Part shown: positions 1 to 10,180 of the stretch, piece after piece
Layout of the letters: each line of letters begins with the position of its first letter
Position numbering within the stretch: the first letter of the stretch is position 1
Assembly (NCBI GenBank): GCA_946499885.1
Contig: CAMMTN010000006.1
Coordinates: 8,375-72,374, forward strand
Direction of reading: 5' to 3'
DNA length: 64,000 nucleotides
From: an uncultured Clostridium sp.
Lineage (GTDB): Bacteria; Bacillota; Clostridia; TANB77; CAG-508
The notes under the pieces: generated by a model
Told to the model about the DNA's origin: nothing
Database searches by the model: none
What the model saw: only the letters and a program-made list of their open reading frames with translations
Made by a program: the position numbers and the translations under genes

Positions 1-869
1 CAAAATCATTTGTAGGAAAAAAAGCTGTAGATAACATTTCTTTTAGTTTAAAAGAACCTGGTGTATATGGACTTTTAGGTACAAATGGAGCAGGAAAAAC
101 AACGACTATAAGAATGTTACTTGGAATCATTAAAAAAGATAGTGGAGAAATTACTTGGAAAGGAAAAGCAGTAGATAGAAAAAGTGTAAACTTTGGATAT
201 TTACCAGAAGAAAGAGGATTGTATCCTAAAACAAAAATATTTGACCAACTAATGTATTTTGCAGAATTAAAAGGAATGCAAAAAGAAGAATCAATTGAGT
301 CAATTAATAAATGGGCAAAAGAATTAAAAGTGGAAGAATATTTACAAATGCCGGTAGAAAAGCTATCAAAAGGAAATCAACAAAAAATACAATTTATGAT
401 AGCAATAATACATAATCCAGAATTAGTAGTATTGGATGAGCCATTTAGTGGGTTAGATCCAGTAAATACTGAAATACTAAAAAACATTATTATAAACTTA
501 ATAAGACAAGGAAAGTATGTAATAATGTCAGCACATCAAATGGCTACAATAGAAGAATTTTGTAGTGATATTTTAATATTAAATAAAGGAAAAACAGTTT
601 TACAAGGAAATTTAAAAAAGATAAAAGAAACATATCCAGCAAATAGAGTAGAAATAAATGTAAATCAAGATATTAGAAATTACATAAAAGAATTTGAGTT
701 TGAAGTAGAAACAGAGGCAAATAATAATTATGTTATAAAAATATCAAGCGAAGAAAAAGCACATAAGTTATTAAATAGATTAGTTTCAGAAAATATAGTT
801 ATTGATAAATTTGAAATTAAGAAACCTACATTAAATGATATTTTTATAGAAAAGGTAGGTGAAGAATAA
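1..869 (+). CDS. ABC transporter ATP-binding protein (5' end cut by window edge)
   Basis: Frame is open from the window start. Walker A GTNGAGKTTT is encoded at about nt 80-110. ABC signature LSKGNQQK and Walker B VVLDEP are present. Confidence 0.9.
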   Translation, partial: KSFVGKKAVDNISFSLKEPGVYGLLGTNGAGKTTTIRMLLGIIKKDSGEITWKGKAVDRKSVNFGYLPEERGLYPKTKIFDQLMYFAELKGMQKEESIESINKWAKELKVEEYLQMPVEKLSKGNQQKIQFMIAIIHNPELVVLDEPFSGLDPVNTEILKNIIINLIRQGKYVIMSAHQMATIEEFCSDILILNKGKTVLQGNLKKIKETYPANRVEINVNQDIRNYIKEFEFEVETEANNNYVIKISSEEKAHKLLNRLVSENIVIDKFEIKKPTLNDIFIEKVGEE

Positions 870-2095
870 TGAAAGATTTATTTATAGTAGCTAAATTTAC
901 AATGAAAGATATGCTAAAAAGAAAATCATTTTTAATATCAACACTTATAATTTTAATAATAATAGTAATTGGATTTAATGTACCAAATATTATAAAAAGC
1001 TTTAATGGGGAAGATACTGGAGCTAAACTTTTAATAGTAGATAATGATAATATATTTGAAGGTAATTTAGAAATGCTAAAAAATGCAAATCTAGGTTATG
1101 AAATAGAAGTAGGAGAAGCTACTTTTGACGAAATTAAATCAAAAATAAATAATGATGAAATTGTGGAAGCCATAGTAATAGAAAGAAAAGATAATAATGT
1201 GAATATAAGATACATTGTAAAAAACATGGCAATGATGGAATCAGTTCCAGAAAATATAGTAAATGCAATTAATTCATTATATACAAATATGCAAATTGGA
1301 AAATTAGGATTAACTGATAAGCAAATTCAATCCATAACTCCAAATTTTCAGTTTAATATAGAGCAAACAGAAGAAGAACACGTAAATGGAAATATATTTG
1401 CAATGATGATGATGTCTTTAGTATTATTCTATGCAATATACTTCTGTGCATACCAAGTATCAAGTTCAATAACTACAGAAAAAACTTCAAAAATAATGGA
1501 AACATTAGTAACATCTACAAGTCCAAGAACTATAGTATTAGGAAAAACAATAGGAATAGGACTAGTAGGATTATTACAAATGATTTTAATAGTAGGAACA
1601 GCTCTAATAAGTGCTAAAATGTTCTTAGATCCAGAATTATTAAACTCATTATTAGATATGTCTAGCTTTACACCATATCTAGCTATAATTACAATTATAT
1701 ATTTTATATTAGGATATTTTGCTTATGCATTAATGTATGCTTTAACAGGTTCAACAGTAAGCAAACCAGAAGATATACAATCAGCAAATGGTCCTGTTGC
1801 AATAATTACAGTAATTGGCTTTTACCTATCATACTTTACAATGATGAATCCAACAAGTGAGCTTAATACATTTGCATCTTTATTTCCAATATCATCACCA
1901 TTCTGTATGCCATTTAGAATAATGATGGGACTAGCAAGTGGAGTAGATGTGGCAATTTCTATTGCAATTTTAGTAATTACAATATTGGTTATTGCAAAAG
2001 TAGCTATAAAAATTTATTCAAATGCTATATTAAATTATGGAACTAAAATGAGCTTTAAAGATATTGTGAAAATGTATAAGGAGAAGGAAAATTAG
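869..2095 (+). CDS. ABC-2 family transporter permease (NatB/YhaP-like)
   Basis: ATGA start/stop overlap with the upstream ATPase gene. One N-terminal TM helix, a large soluble loop, then a C-terminal cluster of hydrophobic helices. Confidence 0.8.
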   Translation: MKDLFIVAKFTMKDMLKRKSFLISTLIILIIIVIGFNVPNIIKSFNGEDTGAKLLIVDNDNIFEGNLEMLKNANLGYEIEVGEATFDEIKSKINNDEIVEAIVIERKDNNVNIRYIVKNMAMMESVPENIVNAINSLYTNMQIGKLGLTDKQIQSITPNFQFNIEQTEEEHVNGNIFAMMMMSLVLFYAIYFCAYQVSSSITTEKTSKIMETLVTSTSPRTIVLGKTIGIGLVGLLQMILIVGTALISAKMFLDPELLNSLLDMSSFTPYLAIITIIYFILGYFAYALMYALTGSTVSKPEDIQSANGPVAIITVIGFYLSYFTMMNPTSELNTFASLFPISSPFCMPFRIMMGLASGVDVAISIAILVITILVIAKVAIKIYSNAILNYGTKMSFKDIVKMYKEKEN

Positions 2096-2101
2096 AATAA
2101 C

Positions 2102-2134
2102 AAAAAACTCGGAAGTATAAATTTCCGAGTTTTG
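2102..2134. terminator. Bidirectional intrinsic terminator between the ABC permease gene and rpsI
   Basis: 9-bp stem aactcggaa / ttccgagtt flanked by an A-run and a T-run, between convergent genes. Confidence 0.75.
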
Positions 2135-2139
2135 TTTGA

Positions 2140-2547
2140 TTATCTCTTTGAGAATTGTGGAGCACGTCTTGCTTTTTTAAGACCATATTTCTTTCTTTCT
2201 TTCATACGTGGATCTCTTGTTAAGAATCCAGCAGATTTTAAAGTAGGTCTGTATTCGCTATTTGCTTCTAATAATGCTCTTGCAATACCTAAACGAATTG
2301 CACCAGCTTGACCTGTAAATCCTCCACCTTGTACTGAACAAATTACATCATATTTATCAACTGTATTAGTTGCAGTTAATGGTTGTCTAACTATAACTTT
2401 TAAAGTATCTGTTCCTAAATATTCATCTATATTTTTACCATTTATAGTAATTGTTCCTTTGCCTTCTAATAATCTAACTCTAGCAATAGAACTTTTTCTT
2501 CTTCCTGTACCATAAAACATTATTTTATCTGTTTTTGCTTTAGGCAT
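2140..2547 (-). CDS. rpsI: 30S ribosomal protein S9
   Basis: 135 aa, typical S9 C-terminus [12 protein letters not shown], located downstream of rplM. Confidence 0.95.
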   Translation of the reverse strand: MPKAKTDKIMFYGTGRRKSSIARVRLLEGKGTITINGKNIDEYLGTDTLKVIVRQPLTATNTVDKYDVICSVQGGGFTGQAGAIRLGIARALLEANSEYRPTLKSAGFLTRDPRMKERKKYGLKKARRAPQFSKR

Positions 2548-2566
2548 TTTAAATATCCTCCTTTAA

Positions 2567-3001
2567 TTAAAATTTCCAAACTTCTGGTTTTTGAGCTGCA
2601 TTTTCATGTTCACTACCAGCATATACTCTTAATTTTTTAAGCATTTGTCTTCCTAAACTATTGTGTGGAAGCATACCTTTTACAGCAAGCATCATCATTT
2701 TTTCAGGACTTTTATTTAATAAATCTCTTGCTTTAATTTCTTTTAAACCACCAATATATCCAGAATGATGTCTGTATATTTTTTGATCCAATTTTTTTCC
2801 TGTTAAAACAACTTTGTTACAATTTAATATAATAACATGATCTCCAGTATCTAAATTTGGAGTGTAAGTTGGTTTATGTTTTCCTCTTAAAATTAATGCA
2901 GCTTGTGCAGCAACTCTTCCTAGAGGTCTTTCAGCAGCATCAATTATGTACCATTTTCTTTCTATTTCACTTTTTTTAATACTATATGTTGTATTATTCA
3001 T
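2567..3001 (-). CDS. rplM: 50S ribosomal protein L13
   Basis: 144 aa L13-like sequence in the conserved rplM-rpsI gene pair. Confidence 0.95.
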   Translation of the reverse strand: MNNTTYSIKKSEIERKWYIIDAAERPLGRVAAQAALILRGKHKPTYTPNLDTGDHVIILNCNKVVLTGKKLDQKIYRHHSGYIGGLKEIKARDLLNKSPEKMMMLAVKGMLPHNSLGRQMLKKLRVYAGSEHENAAQKPEVWKF

Positions 3002-3370
3002 GGTAATTTAAATCCTCCATTTCATAAATAAATTTTAAATATATATGAAACCATAGTAATAAGCTACCGGGGAGAAGCTATAAACTTGGTCATATTCAAT
3101 ATAATGCTATAATATTTTATAATAAAATATTGAAAAAGTCAAGGAAAAATGAAAAAAATACTAGAGTTGTTGTGTTTTGAAGTTACAATTAATAGATTAA
3201 CTGACATATTAAAAAAATTTTTTTCTATTGATGACTTTTATAATATGATTTTAAATTTAGCTATGAATTATAACTATTAAAAGAAAAACAAAAACTTGTT
3301 TGTAAATCTATTGATTTTTTATAAGATTGTGATAAAATAAATGTACAAAAAAGGAAAGGAAAGAATAAAA

Positions 3371-3967
3371 ATGATTTCATATATAAAAGGTAATTTAGAA
3401 AATAAAAATATAGATAGCGTAGTTTTAGATGTAGGAGGTATAGGATATAAAATATATATGTCTTCTAATTCTATAAAAAAAATAGGAGAAGTTGGAAATG
3501 CAGTAAAAGTGCATACATATATGCGAGTAAGAGAAGATGATATAAGTTTATATGGATTTTGCACAAATGAAGAATTAAGAATGTTTGAACAACTTATAGG
3601 AGTAAGTGGAGTCGGGGCGAAATCTGCTTTAACAATTTTAGCTAATATTTCTCCTTCAAGTTTTGCATTAGCAATAATTTCAGGAGATGTAAATTCATTA
3701 AAAAGCTTACCAGGAATAGGAGCAAAATCTGCACAAAGAATGATTTTAGAATTAAAAGATAAACTTAAGACACAAGATGCAATTGAAACGGAATATGTTC
3801 CAATAAAAAATGTTGTAAAAAATGATAAGGCAAGAGATGCTATAGAAGCTTTACAAGTATTAGGATATGCAAGAAAAGATATAGAACAAATAATTTCAAA
3901 AATAGATACAAATGAATTAACAGTTGAAGAAATTATTAAGCAAGGTTTAAAATTTTTAGGAATGTAA
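3371..3967 (+). CDS. ruvA: Holliday junction DNA helicase subunit RuvA
   Basis: Begins MISYIKGNL. HhH motifs GVSGVGAKSAL and LPGIGAKSAQR. The start was moved to the internal ATG at 3371, which matches the usual RuvA N-terminus. Confidence 0.9.
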   Translation: MISYIKGNLENKNIDSVVLDVGGIGYKIYMSSNSIKKIGEVGNAVKVHTYMRVREDDISLYGFCTNEELRMFEQLIGVSGVGAKSALTILANISPSSFALAIISGDVNSLKSLPGIGAKSAQRMILELKDKLKTQDAIETEYVPIKNVVKNDKARDAIEALQVLGYARKDIEQIISKIDTNELTVEEIIKQGLKFLGM

Positions 3968-3982
3968 AAAAGGAGTGAAAAT

Positions 3983-5218
3983 ATGGACTTAAGTCAGCCG
4001 CTGGCATTTAGAATGAAGCCAAAAACGTTAGAAGAATATGTAGGACAAGAACATATTCTTGGCAGGGATAAAATTTTATATAGAACAATAAAAGCAGATA
4101 GATTATCTAGTATAATCCTTTGGGGACCTCCTGGATGCGGAAAAACTTCTCTAGCAAGAGTAATAAGTAATACAACAAAATATAAATTTACAAGAATAAA
4201 TGCTGTAACAGCTGGAATTGGAGATATAAAAAAAGCAATAGAAGAAGCAAAAAATATGCTTTTAAATCCAAGTGGAAAATGTATTTTATTCATAGATGAA
4301 ATACATAGATTTAATAAGTTACAACAAGATGCGCTTCTTCCTTATGTAGAAAATGGAACAGTCATATTAATAGGAGCTACAACAGAAAATCCATATTTTG
4401 AAGTAAATAAAGCTCTAATTTCGAGATCAATGGTATGTAAATTAAATCCACTTACAGAAGAAGATATTTACAAAGTATTAAAAAGAGCTTTAATAGCAGA
4501 AGAAGGTCTAGCTAGTTATAACATAAAAATAGAGGATGAAACTTTAAGAAAAATTGCTAAAGTATCAAATGGAGATGTAAGAACGGCACTAAATGGATTG
4601 GAAGTAGCAGTACTTACAACAACAATGGATTCAGATGGGTATATACATATAACTAATGAAATTGCTAAAGAATGTGTGCAAAGAAGAAAAGCGGTGTTTG
4701 ATAAAAATGGAGATAGCCATTACGATAACATAAGTGCTTTTATAAAATCAATGAGAGGAAGCGACCCAGATGCAACAGTATTTTATTTAGCAAGAGCAAT
4801 AGATGGAGGGGAGGACCCTGTGTTTCTTGCAAGAAGAATAGTAATTGCAGCATCAGAAGACGTTGGACTTGCAGATACGAATGCGCTAGTATTAGCGACA
4901 TCTGCAATGCAGGCAGTTACAATGATAGGAATGCCAGAGGCAAGAATAATATTATCAGAAGCAGCAATTTATGTGGCTCTTGCAAAAAAATCTAATGCAT
5001 CATATATGGCCATAAATAAAGCATTAGAGGATGTATCAAGCAAAGATACAGGAGAAATACCAATGCATATAAGAAATGCACCAGTACAAGAAATGAGTGA
5101 ATTTGGTTATCATGAAGGATATAAATATCCACATGACTATCCTGGACATTGGGTGGAACAACAATATTTACCAGACAAAATGTTAGGAACAAAATATTTA
5201 GAACAAGAGGATGTGTAA
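3983..5218 (+). CDS. rarA: Replication-associated recombination protein A (AAA+ ATPase RarA/MgsA)
   Basis: N-terminus LAFRMKPKTLEEYVGQEHILG, Walker A GPPGCGKTS, Walker B FIDEIHRF, C-terminal MgsA-type domain. Confidence 0.9.
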   Translation: MDLSQPLAFRMKPKTLEEYVGQEHILGRDKILYRTIKADRLSSIILWGPPGCGKTSLARVISNTTKYKFTRINAVTAGIGDIKKAIEEAKNMLLNPSGKCILFIDEIHRFNKLQQDALLPYVENGTVILIGATTENPYFEVNKALISRSMVCKLNPLTEEDIYKVLKRALIAEEGLASYNIKIEDETLRKIAKVSNGDVRTALNGLEVAVLTTTMDSDGYIHITNEIAKECVQRRKAVFDKNGDSHYDNISAFIKSMRGSDPDATVFYLARAIDGGEDPVFLARRIVIAASEDVGLADTNALVLATSAMQAVTMIGMPEARIILSEAAIYVALAKKSNASYMAINKALEDVSSKDTGEIPMHIRNAPVQEMSEFGYHEGYKYPHDYPGHWVEQQYLPDKMLGTKYLEQEDV

Positions 5219-5256
5219 ATAATACAGGGTAAATAATTAAATTTTTATAAATTTAC

Positions 5257-5285
5257 TTGACAAACTATAAAAAAACATTTATAAT
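5257..5285 (+). promoter_or_regulatory. Consensus sigma-A promoter for tRNA-Met
   Basis: TTGACA (5257-5262), 17-nt spacer, TATAAT (5280-5285), about 27 nt upstream of the tRNA. Confidence 0.7.
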
Positions 5286-5312
5286 TTTAAATGCGTTAAA
5301 CAAAAAGCATTT

Positions 5313-5389
5313 GGCGAGATAGCTCAGTTGGCTAGAGCAACTGGTTCATACCCAGTGGGTCGAGAGTTCGAATCTCCCTCTCGCTACCA
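5313..5389 (+). tRNA. tRNA-Met (anticodon CAT; a lysidine-modified tRNA-Ile2 cannot be excluded), encoded CCA end
   Basis: Hand-folded cloverleaf: acceptor GGCGAGA/TCTCGCT, D arm GCTC..GAGC, anticodon arm ACTGG-TTCATAC-CCAGT, T arm GAGAG-TTCGAAT-CTCCC (one A.C mismatch), then ACCA. Confidence 0.85.
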
Positions 5390-5458
5390 AGAATAGCAAG
5401 TCTTTCGGGACTTGCTTATTTTTATGCTTATGCAAAAAAGTGACGAAAAAGTGACGAA
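5345..5458 (+). repeat. attL-side direct repeat (tRNA 3' half, terminator, GTGACGAAAA motifs)
   Basis: ttcatacccagtgggtcga and tctcgctaccaa are identical to the copy at 10930 onward. The downstream hairpin and gtgacgaaaa motif are also shared. Confidence 0.8.
5395..5424 (+). terminator. Intrinsic terminator after tRNA-Met
   Basis: Stem agcaagtc / gacttgct followed by tattttt. Confidence 0.7.
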
Positions 5459-5509
5459 TATAAAAAATACTTGTTAGAAAACAAAAAGAAGCGGTTAATT
5501 TTCCGCTTC

Positions 5510-6658
5510 TTAAACTGATTTCGTATGTAAAAAATTTTCCATTTTATCTGCAACTTCTTTAAAGCCATTGTCAAAGAAATGAGAATAAATATTATGAGTT
5601 ACTGATACACTAGAGTGACCAGCTCGTTTACTTATTATTTGTGCTTGTACTCCACTAGATATTTGAAGTGATATACTTGTATGTCTAAGACCGTGAAATG
5701 TAATTCTTTTTAAGTTGTATTTTTTTATTATTTTATCCAAAATCTTTGAAGGTGTATCTGGGTGCATATCTGCTCCATAATTAGTAGTAAATACTCTTTC
5801 AGAATTTTGCCATTTACTGCCAAGTAATAGTTTTTGTTTATCTTGTTCAGTTTTATATCTTTTTAAAATTTGCAGTGTAGTAGGTGCAATATATACAATT
5901 CTATTACTTGTATCAGATTTTGTGGATTTTTCGAAGCTCCCATAATGAGGAAGATATTGAGTAGCTTTATTTATATTAATAAAAGATTTATTAAAGTCAA
6001 TATCATTCCATGTAAGACCTGTTAATTCTCCACGTCTACAACCACTATCTAATGCTAATAATATAATTGCTTGATATTTTATAGGCTCATGACTTATTGC
6101 TTCAATTAATTGTTGCACTTCTTCTGGAGAATAACAAGCAATATCTTTTTTATGCACTTTTATAGGTGTAACACTTTGATTAGGGTTATTATGTAGGTAT
6201 TCCCATTTTATAGCAGTATTCAAAATTTCTGATACTAATGTATAGTGATGTTTTAATGTTTTCTCAGAATATCCATTTTTATTTTTTCCTATACCTTTGC
6301 AAGTCCTTAAAGTATTATAAAAATCTTCTAAAATCTTAACGTTTATGTCTTTTACTTTTATATGACCAATGTAATTTTTTATTGTGTTACAAATTCGCTC
6401 ATATTCTTGATATGTTTTTAAGCTTATATTAGGCTTTTTATATTTTAGCCATTCATCAACTAGAACTGCCATTGTTATATTATTTTTCTTTACATAGGTA
6501 TTATTTTTTAATTGTATTTTCAATTCATTTTCACGCAATATAGCGTCTTTTTTACCACCGAGAAAGGTTTCTATATGTCTTATTCTTTTACTACCGTTAT
6601 AACCTATTGGAATATCAATTTTGTATTTCTTATTTTTTATTATTTCTTGTACTGCCAT
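5510..6658 (-). CDS. int: Site-specific tyrosine recombinase (phage integrase family)
   Basis: 382 aa. C-terminal catalytic region with RRGEL, HGLRHT and GHSSVSVTHNIYSH (R..H-x-x-R..H..Y). GGAGG RBS. Confidence 0.9.
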   Translation of the reverse strand: MAVQEIIKNKKYKIDIPIGYNGSKRIRHIETFLGGKKDAILRENELKIQLKNNTYVKKNNITMAVLVDEWLKYKKPNISLKTYQEYERICNTIKNYIGHIKVKDINVKILEDFYNTLRTCKGIGKNKNGYSEKTLKHHYTLVSEILNTAIKWEYLHNNPNQSVTPIKVHKKDIACYSPEEVQQLIEAISHEPIKYQAIILLALDSGCRRGELTGLTWNDIDFNKSFININKATQYLPHYGSFEKSTKSDTSNRIVYIAPTTLQILKRYKTEQDKQKLLLGSKWQNSERVFTTNYGADMHPDTPSKILDKIIKKYNLKRITFHGLRHTSISLQISSGVQAQIISKRAGHSSVSVTHNIYSHFFDNGFKEVADKMENFLHTKSV

Positions 6659-7586
6659 TTTTTACACCTCCAGATAATGTTGATACATTTACATAGTTGG
6701 AATTTGTCTTTTTTAAAACTGTCCTAGCTTTTTTAATAACATCTTTACCAAAACCATAGTCACAATTAAGGTCTATTATATCATCATAATATTTGTCTAA
6801 ATCTTTATAATAAATATTATACACATCTTGTATTAATGGACTAATTTTATCTAGTATAATATCTAATGAATTGGTAAAGTTATATTTGTAGAAACTAAGA
6901 TATGTATTAAATTTATTAGAAATCTCAAGTATATTATCTACATATGTGATGTAATCAGAAGTTTTTGCCTTTTTATTTTTAATCAAATTTATAATTTTAC
7001 TTAATGCTTCATCTATTATAACAATATCATTTTTTATAGGAAACTCTATAATATCCTCTAAAGATGAAAGTATGCTAGAGTTCATAATAGAGTGAAGTTT
7101 ACTTTCATAAATTGATAACAAGTTGTTTATTAGCATTACATTATTGATATTACTTGTTATGTATTCACTTAGAGCATATAAAGTAATGAAAAAGTCTATA
7201 TATTCAGTTTTTATGGTGTATAATTTTTTTAAAATTTTTAAACTAGTTAGAGAATAATAATTCATATTTTCTATACAGTAATTAAATTCGCTAGATAAAT
7301 TCCACTCAATAGTTTCTTCTATTTTTTCTATAGACTTATCAGATAATTTTAACTTTTTACCAATATTAAGATTGGTATTAGTTAAGTTATTACAATCATC
7401 TTCAAGTAAATATTCATAGCTCACATCATAAAAATTTTTAATTTTTTTTAATTGATAAGTATCTGGAAGTCTACCATTTTCGTAGTTCCTTAATGAAGAT
7501 ATAGCAATATCTAATTCTTTGCAAACTTGCTCCTGTGTTAGTCCTTTTTCAGTTCTCAATTGTTTTATTTTTTCACTAAATTTCAT
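6630..7586 (-). CDS. XRE-family HTH protein with a long C-terminal domain (repressor-like)
   Basis: N-terminal KIKQLRTEKGLTQEQVCKELDIAISSLRNYENG HTH. Divergent from a small HTH gene. GGAGG RBS. Confidence 0.8.
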   Translation of the reverse strand: MKFSEKIKQLRTEKGLTQEQVCKELDIAISSLRNYENGRLPDTYQLKKIKNFYDVSYEYLLEDDCNNLTNTNLNIGKKLKLSDKSIEKIEETIEWNLSSEFNYCIENMNYYSLTSLKILKKLYTIKTEYIDFFITLYALSEYITSNINNVMLINNLLSIYESKLHSIMNSSILSSLEDIIEFPIKNDIVIIDEALSKIINLIKNKKAKTSDYITYVDNILEISNKFNTYLSFYKYNFTNSLDIILDKISPLIQDVYNIYYKDLDKYYDDIIDLNCDYGFGKDVIKKARTVLKKTNSNYVNVSTLSGGVKNGSTRNNKK

Positions 7587-7630
7587 AAATACCTCCTTAT
7601 TTTTTTTTACTTAATTTTATCTTAAACTAC

Positions 7631-7676
7631 AACATTGTGTATCTGTATTGACATATAAACACAATTTTGTTATATT
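7631..7676 (+). promoter_or_regulatory. Rightward promoter with a flanking inverted repeat (candidate operator of the element switch)
   Basis: TTGACA (7648-7653), 17 nt, TATATT (7671-7676). attgtgt and acacaat form an inverted repeat bracketing the -35/spacer. Confidence 0.5.
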
Positions 7677-7763
7677 TAAGCAAACATCATCATAATTATT
7701 ATTACAAACATTATATACAATCGTGGCGATGATGTCAATATGTTTATGAAAGAAGGTGAGAAT

Positions 7764-7934
7764 ATGGCTAACTTAGATATACGTAATGCTATAAAAAATG
7801 CTAACTTAAAGCATTGGCAGGTGGCAGATTTATTAAATATATCAGAGGCAACATTGGTTAGAAAGTTAAGAAAAGAATTATCTGTAGATGAAAAAGAGTA
7901 CATTTTAAGAATAATAAAATTTCATAATAGTTAG
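7764..7934 (+). CDS. Small HTH protein (Cro/antirepressor-like)
   Basis: 56 aa from the ATG at 7764, with an aaggtgag RBS. Contains WQVADLLNISEATLVRKLRK, which looks like an HTH. Confidence 0.65.
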   Translation: MANLDIRNAIKNANLKHWQVADLLNISEATLVRKLRKELSVDEKEYILRIIKFHNS

Positions 7935-7945
7935 GAGGAAAACAA

Positions 7946-8155
7946 ATGCAAATATTTACAGTAAAAGAAGTTTCAGACTATTTAAATTGTTCTGTATCTT
8001 GTATAAGAACATTAGTAAGAAATAAACAAATACCATTTTTTAGAATAGGTAGTAAGCTAAATTTTAATAAAGAAGCGGTAGACCAATGGATAAGAAATCA
8101 AGAAATACAGAATATGCAACAGGCAAACTATTCAAATAAGGTAAAGAGCCTTTGA
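7946..8155 (+). CDS. xis: Excisionase-family (MerR-like HTH) DNA-binding protein
   Basis: FTVKEVSDYLNCSVSCIRTLVRNKQIPFFRIGSKLNF is typical of the helix-turn-helix excisionase family. GGAGG RBS. Confidence 0.75.
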   Translation: MQIFTVKEVSDYLNCSVSCIRTLVRNKQIPFFRIGSKLNFNKEAVDQWIRNQEIQNMQQANYSNKVKSL

Positions 8156-8168
8156 ATGGAGGTAAGGA

Positions 8169-8315
8169 ATGAATATAAAAAAAGAGAAGCAAGATTTTTT
8201 TGACCTTCTAAAAGCAATTAAAATCCCGCTTCTATTAAATAACTTAGACAAGCTATTTATACTTATTTTACCATGTTTTAAGCTTAAAAGCAATAATAAG
8301 AAGGTGGTAATATGA
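8169..8315 (+). CDS. Small hypothetical protein (48 aa, absent from the ORF track)
   Basis: GGAGG lies 6 nt upstream of the ATG at 8169. No internal stop. Its stop overlaps the next start (ATGA coupling). Confidence 0.45.
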   Translation: MNIKKEKQDFFDLLKAIKIPLLLNNLDKLFILILPCFKLKSNNKKVVI

Positions 8316-8656
8316 GTAGAGGAACAAAAGCACCTTTCAAACAATATGAGGGCAAAAAAGAAAGAGACAAGCATATTAGACTAACCAAAGATATGCTAAA
8401 TAGTACTAGTTTTAAAAGCTTAAAACCAAATTCAAAAGTATTATATATGTATATGAAGTTATGGGCTTGTGGAAATGAGGAGTTTGATTATTCTATATCT
8501 TTGGGAAGCAATATTGTAAGCCAAGCAACTGTAATATCATCAACGAGAGAATTAATACAAAAAGGATTTATAGAAAGAATTTATTTTTCTAATGGAGGAG
8601 GACATAAACCTAATAGATATAAATTCTCAAATAAATGGCAATATTATAAAGAATAA
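8312..8656 (+). CDS. Hypothetical protein of the integrative element
   Basis: 114-aa ORF with an aaggtgg RBS, co-oriented with xis. No motif recognised. Confidence 0.6.
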   Translation: MSRGTKAPFKQYEGKKERDKHIRLTKDMLNSTSFKSLKPNSKVLYMYMKLWACGNEEFDYSISLGSNIVSQATVISSTRELIQKGFIERIYFSNGGGHKPNRYKFSNKWQYYKE

Positions 8657-9039
8657 ATGGAATTATAAAAAAGCTGGTATGGTAATATATAATATTGCCT
8701 ATAAAAAATATAGAACTAAAAAGTGAAGTAATTATCGTAAAAAAATAAACAGAAGTGTTTACAATGCAAATAAAATTGAAATTTTAGAAATCTATAAAAA
8801 TTAAATACCTAAGATTACATAAAATATCAAAATAACTTTGTAGATATATAAAAATTATAGACATAGATGTATAAAAGTTATTTACCAAAATTGTTTTTAC
8901 TTAAAAAAATATATATTGCAATGTAACTTTTATTAAAAAAATAATAAGCGAACCGTGAGTGAACCTAGAGAAAATTTAAAATTAAAATAAGTTCCGTTCA
9001 AGTTTGTTTTTTTAAATCAAATAAAGGAGAAAAAGGATT

Positions 9040-9294
9040 ATGGAAAAATTTTATAATACATTACCAGAAGAACAAGAAACAATAATTAATATAGATTATT
9101 TTGAAAGTAAGGTCATAGTATATACTTGTCAAAAGTCAGTATATGAAAGATTATTAACTAAGATAGGAAATCCAACAAAAATATATTATACAAAAAAGAA
9201 AATTAGTGGAGCAAAATGGGAAATACCTTTTAAGGATAAAAGGAGCATTACGCAAGTACTATCAAGACCAATCTTGATAGGGCAAAGAAAATAG
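9040..9294 (+). CDS. Hypothetical protein
   Basis: 84-aa ORF with an aaaggag RBS. Confidence 0.55.
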   Translation: MEKFYNTLPEEQETIINIDYFESKVIVYTCQKSVYERLLTKIGNPTKIYYTKKKISGAKWEIPFKDKRSITQVLSRPILIGQRK

Positions 9295-9571
9295 TATTTT
9301 TAATACAAAAATCATTAGAAAAACATATTATTTTAAAAATGATATAATAATTAAGATATAATTTACTATCAAGAAATAATGATTTTAAAATTCAAAGGTA
9401 AATATAATATTTTTTAATGAATAACTAAAAATAATTAAACATAATTAATAGGGGAAGGGAATATAAGAAGTATCTATATAGATAAATTATTATTTCCATC
9501 TCCTATTATTATCTATCATAAAATTTTATATATAGTAAAAAAATTTAAACATATTTAAAAATATACGAGTT

Positions 9572-9811
9572 TTATTTATGCACATATTCAATTATATCTT
9601 CAATTTTACAATTAAAGTAATCACATAATCTAGCAATTACAAAAATATCAATTCTAACTAATTCTCCAGTCATTAATCTTTTTAGAACTTTAAAATCTGT
9701 ATTTGTATCACGCATTAACTGATTAATACTTATATTATTGTCAGCTAATAACTTACCTAATTTAAATAAGTAGTAACCATTATCTACTTTTAATTTATAT
9801 ATCTTATTCAT
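9572..9811 (-). CDS. Small XRE-family HTH protein
   Basis: ISINQLMRDTNTDFKVLKRLMTGE HTH. The start was set to the internal ATG that follows GGAGGA. Confidence 0.65.
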   Translation of the reverse strand: MNKIYKLKVDNGYYLFKLGKLLADNNISINQLMRDTNTDFKVLKRLMTGELVRIDIFVIARLCDYFNCKIEDIIEYVHK

Positions 9812-9910
9812 AACTTCCTCCATTTTTTTATTATAAAAGTTTCGATGGATACTTGACTATTGGCTATATAACCAATATAATAATAACAAGATTATAAAAA
9901 GAGGTGGAAT

Positions 9911-10180
9911 ATGTATAAAGATAGAATTTTGTTAGAAAATGTGGAAGATTTTATTGAGGAAAGGCTAAACCAAAGTTATAGTGATTTAAAGGGTAATAGG
10001 GAATACATAAGATTAGAAAAAGATTACGAACTAATATTTAAAAAATTAACCGAAAATATTGAAGAAAAGAAAATAATTGAAGAATATGAAAAAATAAAAA
10101 TAGATATGTATGAAATTCAATTAAAACAAGCATATAGAAGCGGTTTCAAAGATAGCATATACTTATTATTTAATAAATGA
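9911..10180 (+). CDS. Hypothetical protein (divergent partner of the small HTH gene)
   Basis: 89-aa ORF with an agaggtgg RBS. Confidence 0.55.
   Translation: MYKDRILLENVEDFIEERLNQSYSDLKGNREYIRLEKDYELIFKKLTENIEEKKIIEEYEKIKIDMYEIQLKQAYRSGFKDSIYLLFNK

Noticed and set aside
3002-3130. L13 ribosomal-protein leader upstream of rplM
   Set aside because: A hairpin (accaagtttatagct...agcttattactatggt) exists in the 5' UTR, but I cannot verify the family consensus from memory, so it is not called.
3319-5192. Minus-strand ORFs 3319-3564, 3994-4293 and 4992-5192
   Set aside because: They are antisense to ruvA and rarA, with no supporting signals.
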